From: Octopus vulgaris
Taxonomy: Eukaryota
Assembly: GCA_951406725.2 (NCBI GenBank)
Contig: OX597816.1
Span: 84,940,001-85,004,000, forward strand
Direction of reading: 5' to 3'
Length of the DNA: 64,000 nucleotides
Each line of letters begins with the position of its first letter. The first letter of the stretch is position 1. The notes under the pieces are model-generated. The model saw only the letters and a list, made by a program, of their open reading frames with translations. It did no database searches and was not told where the DNA came from. The position numbers and the translations under genes were made by a program. This document shows positions 12,782 through 26,596 of the stretch, piece after piece.

Positions 12782-13167
12782 GTATATGTATATATATTCT
12801 TTTATTCTTTATTCTATTATACGTTCCAGCCCTATATATGCCTGAATGCATACGTATTAGTGTCTGTGTAAAGACAAAAACAAAAAAAAAATGTTCCTCT
12901 ATACTTTGGTACCATAATGGTAAGAAATTAAGAGAGAAGTCTCCTCGTGCGTAGTTACTATTGGGTAGGGATACGTGAAATTTAGCAACTAGAATTATAT
13001 ATCATACTTAAATATAATGGCTGAAACATGTTATAAAAAGAATGTAGGAAACCTGACATGTGAAGCTAATACAATATATCAGTTATTTCAAATTATGTGG
13101 AATGTGTATTTAGAGACACAGATACACACAAACACCTACTCATTCTTCTACTCTCTACAGCACATGC

Positions 13168-13217
<50 letters not shown>

Positions 13218-13428
13218 TTGTGAGTGTGTGTGCGTGTGTGTGTATGCGTGTATATGTGTGTGCATTCATATACATACATACGGATATAAATATATATATG
13301 TCATATATCATATATATGTATACACACACACACACACATATATATACAATATATCAGGTATATCATATATCAAATATATCATATATCATTCATGTACATA
13401 TAAGTATATATGCATATATGTGTGTGTG

Positions 13429-13459
<31 letters not shown>

Positions 13460-13930
13460 ATATATATATGTGTGTGTGTGTGTGTATATAAAGATATATA
13501 TATATATATGTTAATACATACATTTCTACATATATATGCGTGTGTGTATATATATATATATATGTGCGTATATGTGCGTGTGTGTTGCAGCCCACTTGAG
13601 TTTATCACCGTTAGATTATTCAAATTTCGATGTATGCAATAATATTGAGTTACAATAACACTTAGAGCGGTAACAGATAAAAATATTAACGTAATCTGGA
13701 TAGCATTATGGTAAAAGTGATAAAAACGTAGGTATTTTTCCCTACTACAAAATTGTACTTAGCAAAATGAGGTTATTAACCATATCCATTTATATTCTCT
13801 CTCATATACACACGCACACATTTATATACATGTATACATTTATAAATATGTACTTTTATATAGGTGTGCGCACACACACACAAATGCACGAATAAATATA
13901 CACTTATATGTACATATATATGCATATATA

Positions 13931-14003
<73 letters not shown>

Positions 14004-15277
14004 CACAAACACTCACGCACCATACGCACAGACACAAACACGTACACATACATGCGCGCACACACATACATATATTCATATATATTTGTATGCGTGTGCC
14101 TATCGCTTATTTTTAGAGGGCATAAATAGGATGGTTTGAAATTGTAGTATTTCTTTGTGTGCTTATATATTTTGGGGAAGATAAGAATATTTTGTGCTTT
14201 GCCGTATTTTTTTAACATACCGAAATGAGGATATACAGGAAAAAAAATCAAGATGATAATAGCATCTGGATATGCCAGGGGAATATTTATAACAGAATAA
14301 TATAATAATTGCTTAGATACAGGTGCACGCAAAAAAACACTTACGACCATATGCTACCAGTTGATACTGTACTATAAATCTACCTGCTGGAAATAGCTGA
14401 TAAATTCTCCTCAATCTACGCATTATCTTGAAAAAGAAGCAAGGACCTCATTCGATAAAATACTTTTGTATTCAGAAAAACGGAAAAACCCACCTCCACA
14501 AAAAAAAGGAAACAAAACAAAACAAACTTATCACAAAGTGCAGAAGTGGCTCCGCCTGCATATGTGATAGCCTGATTTAAACATAGATAGACAGTGCCGT
14601 TTTAACGGAAAGATATAGGTGAAAATATAGTTTTTATTATAGACAATAATGAGATTATCGTATCAAGAAGATCTTTGGTTATATTTCTGTTCTGTGAAGT
14701 CAGGTATTGTGTTATAGAACTATAACACGACAAATAATACTCTTAACTGGAACATACCTAGTCTTGGTAATCGCTATGCGGAGTGGGCAGATTATTTTTC
14801 AAGTGCTTTTGTCGATCCTGCCGAGCTTCGAAAACATCTTTCATAGATCATTATGTTGCGAGTTGCGATTTATTGTGGACTGAGCTGCGATTCTGAGTAG
14901 TGTTTTCTGAGTAGTGTTCTTTATACTTCATGCATCCATGGTTGCTCCAGACTGCGTGAGTAAATACTTTGGCAAGAAAGTCTTTAAAAAAATATTCAGT
15001 AAAACGACAGATCACTTGAGACCTTCAGTTTCGGAAGCTGCACTGAGTAGAAAATAAGAAGGGAAGAAAAGAAAGAAGAGAGAGTGAGAGAGAGATAGGA
15101 GAGAAGCGAAATGAAATAGAGCAATTAAGTAAAGAACAAGAGAATGGAGGAGAAATATTAATAATATTATTAACTATTAACAGATTGTTAATAAGAAACA
15201 TTGGCAGTCTGAGTGCCAGGAAGAAAAGTATAAAACTGAAAGAAATATTGTCAGCAGAAAAGAAATATAAAAATATA

Positions 15278-15511
15278 TATTTCTTTATTGCTCACATGGG
15301 GCTAAACATAGAGAGGACAAACAAGGACAGACAAAGGGATTAATTCGATTACATTGACCCCAGTGCGTAACTGGTACTTAATTTATCGACCCCGAAAGGA
15401 TGAAAGGTAAAGTCGACCTCGGCGGAATTTGAACTCAGAACGTAACGGCAGACGAAATACGGCTACGCATTTCGCCCGGTGTGCTAACGGTTTTTGCCAG
15501 CTCGCCGCCTT
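15278..15511 (-). mobile_element. SINE family B, monomer
   Basis: Minus strand AAGGCGGCGAGCTGGCAAAAACCGTTAGCAC...CTTTCATCCTTTCGGGGTCGATAAATTAAGTACCAG; the central block resembles, from memory, the conserved Meta/Nin-type SINE core. Confidence 0.85.
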
Positions 15512-16522
15512 CTGTACCAGCTCGCCGGGCTAGGAAATCTGTAAACAAAGTAAGAGAGAATAGGTGATAATGAAAGCGACTGATCTATTTTTTACATATT
15601 TACGACTGGGGAACATATTTTATATTTTTCTTATCTACCCCAATTTTGGAGTTGGCCACACTCATCATCTGCATCTAAAATTGCTACCCTTCTTTTAATC
15701 AGCTGAGTTATTTTGTTGTCACCTCGTTTTCGGTCTATCATTGACACTTAGTTAATTTTAAAATTTCCCAGCATTCATTTTGGTCATTTTCCATTTGTGG
15801 TCGCCAGAGAACATCTTGTGACCTCTTCGTTTATTTTTCATTAATTTCAAATCTTTTCATCCTTATTGCTTATTAATTTCACTCCTACTTACACCCACAA
15901 ACTACTCCCTCACTATAACCATCTTCACTTTTACAATTGACCACTTTCGATAACCGGAGCCCCAAATTGTTATTGTTTTAAATAGTCATACTCTATTTTC
16001 GTCTCGCAAAATTTTACCTCCAACTCAATACCATAAGAAAATATCACTTCTTAACATGTACCTGGAATTTTTCCTCTCAAGCAAATTTATTCTATATTTC
16101 AATTCATACTCACGAATTGACGACGCTAACCAATACTTTCTTTGTATTCTGCTATTTTTTTGTAACTGGGAGATTTTCTACATTAAATAAGAATAAGAAG
16201 ATACTGTCACATCATACAGAGTCTGTAAAATATTGTTATTTTACACACTCTGTTGGTTGTTCCATTTAATGATGAAGGGAAACTCTGAACTGGGATAAGA
16301 GGACTTAATAGAGAAAGAGTGCACCATGAGTTGTGCGCTTAACATCAGATAAAATATTTTAACTACAAGGATACAGAGCAACGACGGCAAAAGTTTCCAA
16401 CGAAACAAAAGCTTGATTCTATTAAATAAAGCAAAAGACGTAGACACATGAGTCTGAATAAATAAGAATAATACAGCATGCATATTTTTTCAAAAGTGTG
16501 CTTCACAGAGTGAAAATTTATA

Positions 16523-16848
16523 TTCCGGGTTCAGCCCCACTGCATGGCACCTTGGGCAAGTGTCTTCTACTATAGCCTCGGGCCGACCAAAGCCTTGTGA
16601 GTGGATTTGGTAGACGGAGACTGAAAGAAGCCCGTCGTATATATGTATATATACATGTGTGTGTGTGTATGTTTGTGTGTCTATGTTTGTCCCCCCAGCA
16701 TCGCTTGACAACCGATGGTGGTGTGTTTACGTCCCCGTAACTTAGCGGTTCGGCAAAAGAGACGGATAGAATAAGTACTAGGCTTACAAAGAATAAGTCC
16801 TGGGGTCGATTTGTTCGAATAAAGGCGGTGCTCCCGTATGGTCACAGC
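16523..16848 (+). mobile_element. SINE family A, clipped at both ends
   Basis: Reverse complement of 828-1247 from the B-box to near the tail. Confidence 0.9.
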
Positions 16849-17752
16849 TCGTAGAATAATGTAGTATCATATTAAAATTTCTCCCATATTTGCGAACGAT
16901 ACAGTCTGACAGGAGTCTCTGTAATAGTAAGGCAGCAACTAGCAAGTCTCACAAGCTGTTGTAGACTCTGAGTGAAAAAGTGTGCCTAAATTCGGCCATA
17001 AAGAAAGTTTGGTAGATCATTCGATAGTTCTTTTAGATGAGTCCCAAATTTCTCTGGTACTTCCAAACTGTAAATAGACCGTCGCACGTTCGATTTCAAG
17101 GCGTCGCTACGATAAAATCAATCTTAGGAAGAAATGGCATGTGCATGTCTGAGTTTGAAGGTAAATATCTCTGCATCTGTGCTTCCACTATAAACCAGAA
17201 GGTGATAGTTACAATCTTGACAAACGGCATCTTAATAAAATGTACTAAAATACTATATGACAACAGTTGTCTTCTGATAACTTACCGTATATGTTACTCA
17301 GCTACTGAAGAGTTGCTATAGCAGCGTCTGCAAATGTGTGACACTGTGAAAGCATAGACAAACGAATACAATAGATGAACATAGGCAAAAACAAAAAAAT
17401 GAAATATAGAGATAATGACAGTGATTGAAAGAATATGATGGTAGATTGAACTGTAAGTAAAAACGACTTGTGAAGAGGGTGCAAGAAAATCCCACGAAAA
17501 TGTATTTCGTTTTGGTCACAAGAGGAAGATAAGTTGTGAGCAACAGCGGTTATGCGAAAGAGGATATGATAGCGCGTTCTTCGGTTTTAAGCTGTCCTTC
17601 ACCAAAAAAAAACAACAAAAAAACAAAAACAAAACAAAACGAACAAGGAAACAAGAGGAGAATTACAACTTCAACAGTCAGTTCAAATCTAAGAACAGAA
17701 GGAAGAAAATGACTGTGAAAGGTGAGAGAGTGAGTGAGTGAGTGAGTGAGTA

Positions 17753-17825
<73 letters not shown>

Positions 17826-18049
17826 GGGAGAGAGAGAGTGAGGGAGAGAGAGAGAGTGATAGAATAACAACCGAGTCGAGAGAAATAAAGAGACGTGTTA
17901 TACAGTATATAAATATGCATGTGTCTGTCTCTGATACACTCGCACACTCATACATAATACATAGAAATTAAATAAGCGTTAGAGATGCTTTACCACATTC
18001 CGAAACTACAGGAACTGCATAAAAACATTACAGTCACATCCCTGATGTT

Positions 18050-18900
18050 GACCAAAGCTATTGCACTGTTGGAAGCCTCCTGAGGTTACGACCGCTTGTA
18101 CGCTTTACCTGAGAGGGAGAATAAGGACTAGATAACCCCTCGAATACAGAGAGGCTCCATCTGCGGATCTTTGTCAACCATATTAAATTCATCTCAGCTG
18201 CTATGATTCTCTTTTTGGTGGTTTTCTCCAGTTGTTTGAGTTCCAAGATTTTAACACATTAATCTTGCCGAGAAACCTCATCAGCTGAATTCAATAGGGG
18301 ATTTTGTTGCATGACATCCTTTGACAAGAGCTTCATCAACTTCGGATATTCGGTTTCCTTCCATTCGCGATAAATATAAAATCTTTGGTTTCCTTCCATT
18401 GGCGATAAATATAAAATCTGTCTTTCCATGTCATTGTTATTTCAGCCAAAATGATCGTTTGTGTGCTCTTGGATAGAAGGAAAATGCCTCATCGGAGCAA
18501 CGTTACTGCCACCACTTCTTGAAAGGGGTGTCTACCTTTCAGATCCATTTACACAATCAGAGCTTTGATGCAAAATTCAAGATGCCTCAACAATATTACT
18601 TTGGCCTGAGATTCATTACAAATCTTTCTTAGGAATCTCACCTTTTGTTAGCGATGCCTATTAGTTATTGGATTTGACTCTTTGCAGTTCTTTGTCGTTA
18701 GAAATTTCAGCAAGGATATTGTCTTGCCTGAACTCGTTTCGGTTTTCTCCCAGTGCTATAGCTCACCTAGTCAAAGTGTCGTACAAGATGAACAATGCTT
18801 TTATCTTTTGAGAACAGCAGATTTTCAAAGTTATTTGATGTAAGAAGTCAGCAAATGGTAGAGGGGGATAACAAATTTCCATGATTAGTATTCCAAGGAT
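18050..18900 (-). mobile_element. Highly degraded LINE remnant (RTE-like)
   Basis: Minus strand traces resembling HF..LL, K..G.D.I.AE and G..QG..P motifs, with many stops. Confidence 0.35.
18352..18419 (+). repeat. 35-bp-period tandem duplication
   Basis: GGTTTCCTTCCATT(C/G)GCGATAAATATAAAATCT twice. Confidence 0.9.
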
Positions 18901-20143
18901 CCATCTAGTTCAGTGACCGTTTGAATACTTAATCACTTCTCTTGGGCAAGGAAGAAACTATTGCATTTACACACACACGCACACACACACATGCACACAA
19001 ACACACACACAAATTAATTATGTGTGTGATTGTATGTATGTATGTATATGTATATATATATATATATATATGCATATATATATATATGTGTATGTGTGTG
19101 TGTATATACATATACAAGTATGTATATGTGCGCGTATATATGTGTGTGTGTCTTGGAGGGCGAGTGTGAATATGAGTGTACTTTAGTTGGATAGTAGAAA
19201 GTTGCTGAAAATTTTAAGGCTTTTTGCTGCCTGAGGCTTGTGCCTTTGTATCTCACTTAACTGACAAATTATCTGTTTGGCTCAATTCTAATTTTCCTAT
19301 TAATGTGACTTTTATTCTTTTAAATACTTATTGAACGACGCCGTATTTGTCATCGTTAGTGTATAAACTCTCAGCTATCTGACATCTCGCCCGTTTAAAA
19401 TTTGATCTGAAGATGGTGGATTATATCTTACATAAACTATAAATAAATTAATAAAATTCTACAGCAACAGCTCATAAATATTAAACTCATAAATCTCATA
19501 AATATTAAACTCTATCTGTGTTCTCTTTTTATACATATGGCACACCTGGAATCAACACCAGAATCGGATTTACTGTTTAAATAATATTTATTACTTACAT
19601 ACCTGCAATATCTTACCAACACGTGATATCAATGTGCACGCGCGCATGTGTGTGTATGTGTGTATGTGTGTCTTTGCCTGTGTTTCTGGGCGTATATCTA
19701 CGCTTTTCTTCATATTCAGCGTTGCACGCAGTATTGGGCATTTTCATTGAAAGAAGCAATGAAAGCCAAATGTTCGAAATTTCCTTTTGAATTAAATATG
19801 TCACTTAAAAGTGTCAAAATAAACTAGCAATCATTGGCCTTTGAAATGCGAAACAGCTAAATAAATGATTGCTATATTGACCTCCCGTGATCTCGTAAAC
19901 CGATCGATTGGGTTACACTTGAATTGGCTTATCTACAATTTTCTCTAGTCAATGACTTATTCCTATTTCTTTGCGGAAGATATAATTTATATTAATTAAA
20001 ATGCTTTGTTGTCTTCGCTCATATAATTAATATGTCTAATATATGTATGTGCATATGTGTATATATATATGTATATATATATAAAAATTGATACACAGAC
20101 AGTTATACTGATATATATGTGTGCGTATATATTACATTTCTAC

Positions 20144-20207
<64 letters not shown>

Positions 20208-20210
<3 letters not shown>

Positions 20211-20392
20211 GGTCCCGGGTTGATTCGGGGTTAACCACAGTAAATAAGGTACTCAATACATAGCAGAGTAAAATATATTGAAGGAGCTTCTACAGGACTA
20301 GAACTGTTTCATTCAAGAGAAATCTTCAGTGAGCTTCCTGAAGATTTCTCTTGAATGAAACAGTTCTAGTCCTGTAGAAGCTCCTTCTATAT
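20208..20392. mobile_element. PLE-type terminus with perfect 50-bp inverted duplication, embedded in (TA)n
   Basis: 20280-20329 is the exact reverse complement of 20338-20387; TA repeats on both sides. Confidence 0.7.
20331..20383 (+). ncRNA. Type I hammerhead ribozyme
   Basis: GAGCTTC CTGAAGA t TTC tctt GAA t GAAA CAG ttctagtc CTG TA GAAGCTC: 7-bp stem I, 3-bp stem II, 4-bp stem III, GUA site after 20376. Confidence 0.8.
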
Positions 20393-20501
20393 AATAAATA
20401 TATATATATTATATATATATATTACATGCATATATTATATATGTATACAGTATACATATGCATATATATATATGAGACCATATATACATACGTAAATACA
20501 A

Positions 20502-20546
<45 letters not shown>

Positions 20547-20781
20547 CATATACATCACTCACATATATTTATTCAGAAGAGCATACTGTATGTAGATTTA
20601 GTAATTAATTATAAGTTGAGAAATCTCTATAGGATTAGTAACGTATTTGAACCGAATAAGTCTTTCTCAAACGGAATATTTCGTATTTATCATATTGAAA
20701 ATCTTCATTCTCACCTCGCTCTTCCTATCTGGATATTTGTGTGACTGTATATGACTTCATGTGCAGACGTTCCAGACATAC

Positions 20782-21038
<257 letters not shown>

Positions 21039-21543
21039 AGTTGACTCGGCTCCATGCAAAGTAAAAGTTTCTAGCCTCGTAGAATGAACCTAGCGCATTG
21101 GGCATTTGGAGATTAAGTAAGTGGAAATGAAACAAATATATATCTTCTAGATGTTAGTTCTCGACTCGTCAACTCAGGTCACGTGGTGTTATTGGTTTGT
21201 GACATCAGTTCCTATGTTATAACTAGTGTTCTATATCTGGACACTGCAGTGTGGCATATTAGACGTTATAAGCTGTTAAACATGTCACAACGGATTGTGG
21301 TCACGGCGACAGCCACCAAATAATCAGATTTGGATTTGCTTGTTTGGGTTCTCCGTGCCGATGGGGTTGTAGTGTATACAGGCAGCAAATGTTAAGTGCA
21401 GTCATATTGTGTATGGAGCATTCACGCCAAGGGTAAATATATCAAGATTGTTGGATCCCAATAGTCTGAAGTCATAGGCAAATAAATGGGAAAAGCATTT
21501 TTAATTAAGTTTTAAATACATCTTTAAAATTATCAATTGCAAC

Positions 21544-21627
<84 letters not shown>

Positions 21628-21916
21628 TGAGAAACAGACAAGGAAGGGCATGTGGTATAAACACTTTGTTGAGTGAGGCTCAAATGTGCATTTGGTAAAA
21701 ATACAGTGTTACAATTTAGTATAAATCAAAACACTTCTTAAATAACTGATGCGCATAACATATAAACATATATACATACACACGCACACTCCTATACGTA
21801 TATATGTATATCTATGTTCATATATAATATATAAATTTATCTTTTTAGCTATGTCTTTGTTTACACACATATGCACACACATATACCACAGATATACAAT
21901 ACAAGATATACTGATA

Positions 21917-21967
21917 GAGTGGGACTGGACCTGGAACCATGTGGTTGGGAAGCAAACTACTTACCAC
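21917..21967 (-). mobile_element. SINE family A head fragment
   Basis: GAGTGGGACTGGACCTGGAACCATGTGGTTGGGAAGCAAACTACTTACCAC matches 1180-1229. Confidence 0.75.
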
Positions 21968-21989
21968 GAACTACACAGACATGCATGCG

Positions 21990-22036
<47 letters not shown>

Positions 22037-23376
22037 ACATAGAGAATCCACTTATAGGGATTCTATGCATTAGAAAGAACACCTAAGTTCTATGACCACA
22101 AAAAATTCGGGATAAATTTCGACAGGAATAAATTTGGAAATGAAACACATTTACCACCTAGTTTCCTGAACCAATTGGTTTCTAATCATCTTTTAGCGAA
22201 TCATGGAGAACTCACAAGGTTTGATTTTCTTCAGCAGGTCCAACCTAGTGCTAAACATATCCACACGAAACAGAACAAGGCTACCTGTCTCGTGTTTATA
22301 CGAGCTAACTTTTCAAATTTAGTGCACAGACGCAGTTCTTCGTTGGCTACAATAAAAAACTGCCAACTTATTAACCGAAAATTATCCAAAAACTTACAGT
22401 ATTTAAACATATCAAAGGGAAACATATCCCTTTGATATGTTTATATATATATATAAAGAGAAAGAGAGAGAGAGAGAGAGAAACAGACATAGACAAAGAG
22501 ACTGGGAGATACACCGATGCATGCATACGTACATACATGCACGCACGCACACACACATACACACACGCACAGATACAGATAGATAGGAAAAGAGAGAACG
22601 AGTGAGCATACTTGAAATAGAATTTTTCCGTGTCAAAACTGATAATTTTCCATCCCTGTAATCTTATACGTAATATATACGTTCTATAATACTTGTAATT
22701 AACCCCTGTTGGTGACAATCCTTTCCAGATTAAGCGTGTGAATATTTGAAAGTTTGAATATATAATCAATGGGAAAAGAAGGAATAGCACCGAAACTTTA
22801 AGATTATGTTTTCACTTCATATTGTAAATATTTAATGAGAATCAAGTCATTAAATCGCCTTTTATGGAAATCAGTTATGTTTTGTGTTTTAGTTTTATCA
22901 AAGTCCACATTAAATTTATTCTTGAGAAACATCTTAAAATTTCCATCCGTTATTAGCCAGATATACGCCATTTTATCCTTGTTTGTAGTCATCGGTATAT
23001 CATAATCCAAAGTAAATAAATTTTGCTACATTAAACATTTTTCTAAGCTAGACACTTCCTAAAAACGTTTTCAAAACTCTCTGCGCATAGAAATGCACAC
23101 ATGTTCAACTTATTTTCACTAGATGTTGAAATGAGGCAAAAAAGAATTCTTGATTGCATTTTACACTGTGTTGAGATTTATACCTCAAAGGGGTACTCTG
23201 TATAAGAGGACAGGGAAATATTATTATGCGTCCACTATCGCATAACCTGACTACGCCAATTTACAAAAATATAACAGCGTTGATATCTTATTAGATAAAT
23301 CACCATTTTTTAATGATATTATTCGATGACATCACCTCATCAAAATATATATAATGTTGACCTTAAATGTTTGTAT

Positions 23377-23481
<105 letters not shown>

Positions 23482-23634
23482 CATGTATATGTATATACAT
23501 ATCTGTGAGTATGTGAGTGTTCATTTCATCAAAATGTATATAATGTTGACCTAATATGTATGCATATAAATATATATATATATGAGTGTGTGTATGTGTG
23601 TGTAGATATATATCTCCATATATACATACATATA

Positions 23635-23692
<58 letters not shown>

Positions 23693-23704
23693 TATATATG
23701 TATA

Positions 23705-24002
23705 TACACATGCATATTTGGGTACATTACGTCATAAAACGTAAAAACATGAAATACGAAAACATGGAATAAGAACTTTTTTGCGAATAACGAAAGAAAC
23801 AAATGGAAAACAAGAAAAGTAACGTAAAGAACGACCCTTCATCAGTTGTCGGCTGTTTTATCTATTCCACATTTCGATGAACGGTCGTCTTTCATGTTAC
23901 TTGCTTTGTTTTCCATTTGTTTCTGTCGTTGTTTCTGTCGTATTTCGTATTCATATTGTTTACGTTTTATGATGTCCTGTACCCATATATGCATTTGTAG
24001 AT
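23705..24002. mobile_element. ~130-bp inverted arms flanked by TA/CA repeats; probable PLE-terminus remnant
   Basis: ATGCATATTTGGGTACA...ACGACCCTTCATC is inverted with GATGAACGGTCGT...TGTACCCATATATGCAT; CTGATGAAGGG on minus strand. Confidence 0.55.
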
Positions 24003-26545
24003 ACACACAAACACTCACACACACACACACACACACTCACACATATAAGTACATATATGTATATATGCACATATATATTATTTATATTGCATATATATAT
24101 ATGCATATCTATACGTATGTATATATGTCTGTGTGTGAGCACGTATATGTTTGTGTGTGTATGCGTGTGTGCTTTTGTGTGAATGTGTGCTTGTGTGTGA
24201 GTGTGTGTGCGTCTGAGCGTGTGTGTGTGTGTAGATAGAGGGATAAATATATACGTATATTAATATATGCATGTACGCATTTTATGCTTTTATCTTGTAT
24301 GCATGTGTGTAAATGTGTGCGTGTGCGTGTACTGTATGTGCTTATTGGCATGCTTTAATACCTACCACTTTTTCTTATTTCTTCCTTTCTCTATATTCCC
24401 TCTTTCGAGAATTTGCAGTTTAAATTTGAGAAGGAACATAAATTTTCAGTGATATTCTATTTTTTGAATAGAATTTTATATCTGTAACCAGAAAGTGATC
24501 CCATGAATAGATAATTCAATGCATGAAGAGCAGTTTAGCGCCAGTATATGAAAGCGATTAATACCTCGTTTAGACGAGAAGGTGACACAGACCTGGAAAC
24601 GTAATAAATCATTCACCTACGCATCAGCGAACTGCTTGCAGAAGTTAGAATTCAAGGATCTAAAATTATAATATTTAAAAAAATTTTTACCGTCTAAATC
24701 TAACGCTAACGCCCTTGTTGAAATGAGATAAATGTTAAATGAATACACTTTGCATAAATAAAACTTGCTATCACCTCGAGGATAAAAAAAGGGAAGTCAA
24801 TAATGAACAGCAGAAGCTCGACAGTTGCCATGCAAATATTGTATAAACAACTAGTCGCATATGGCGAAATATTTACAATTTATTTAAATCTGGATAATAA
24901 ACCTGCAGTGTATTTGTTTTATTCTATTTTTTAAAAGAATTTGGGTGATCAGCAGAGTCTATGACTATTTAAAAGGCCTGTGTGACTGTTATGCAGAAGG
25001 AAGCTCTCTTCAAACAGGGTCTTTGCTCGAATACTTGAAATAGAATAACGCCGGTAACTTACATAATAATTTTGCTGATTTCTCCAACTTTCTACGTCCT
25101 TTGTGATAAGTGTAACATATCTATCCATATTGACAAAGGGATCACAAAAACCGCCAGGTTTTGTCGATCGAAAAGAGAAATGAACTTATTTGTGCCCTGA
25201 CAGACGTCATCATTCTTTCGGGTTAAAGCATCGGATAGAATGAATGGAAAAAAAAGAAACAACTTGTGTTATTGGAAAAATCTTCAAACTAAAATGAACA
25301 GGGTGTGTAGTACGAAAGCGAAAACAGCGCATTTCATAAGGAAAGTAGGTACGAATGGGAACATCTGAACAAATGATTAAAACATGCAAAAGTTCACACT
25401 TCTATACTCAGTTAAGAAATAGTTCTACTGGGCACAGTAGAACTATCAAAATATGCTTTCAATTCATTAGCAAATCTCACATAACATACTGTCTACTGTT
25501 ATCAACCAAAATATGACGCAACAAAGTCTCTCCACACTCGAAGAAAATTACAACCCAGTAAAATAATGTAACACAGACAATTGCATAATCAACATTCTCA
25601 AACACAGTCAAAGTTCTGTTAATGACAAAAAGCTGATATTCTACAAAACTTTTACCCTTTAATATAACACAATCAGCATACTTCATTCTCTGCATACTGA
25701 TCACCCGACGCTGGAACACGCAATACAACACACAAAATATACGCTGTATATAACCACTACCCAGCAAATGAAGCCAGCTTACATTGAACATAAACTATAC
25801 AACAAGTATACGAAACCCAGAAGTATTATCAAATCAAACAGACTAAATCCCAAAGCAGATCGGAACAGATACAGGGTATGATAAGAAATATACCCCTGCG
25901 TTCTCATAACATAACGCACCCTACGGGTACGGTTTTACATCGGGTGGTGCAGCATAAGTTCGCATGGAACTGTTCAAAACATGAAAATACTAATATTAAT
26001 CGATTCTCTTTACTGTATACTATTCTGATATTCTGAAGGAAAATTGGAAAGAATAGAAATAGCACACCCTCCCATAAAAAATCTAAATGACATTTACAAC
26101 AAATAAAATACAATATTCTCTTGTATTATTCTCTTGCCAAATAATTTAATACTGGTAGAGATATTGGCATATGAACACTGGACAATTTTCAAAACTTCGT
26201 AGATTATTCAAACTTCTAATATTTACAAATTTTCATTTCCCTTCAGATTTTACTATATTTCACACATATACAAACGCATGCGCATGCATACAAACGCACA
26301 CATACACAATCTGGCATAAAATCACATACTAACGTAACACACATGTACATCTTTTGTTACGTTCTTCAAAATAATTTAGTGAATCAGAAATTCCAAGAAT
26401 GACATTAGTTCGCGTTAGATAGGCACATATTAAAAATAGCCAGGAATCTCTATATTCATGAATTTTTTCATATACGCACATACCCATAGACATACATGTA
26501 TACACACACACACACACGCACATATATATGTATATATATATATAA

Positions 26546-26596
<51 letters not shown>

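Noticed and set aside
22262-22295. GAAACAG...CTGTC half-hammerhead
   Set aside because: No upstream CUGANGA box
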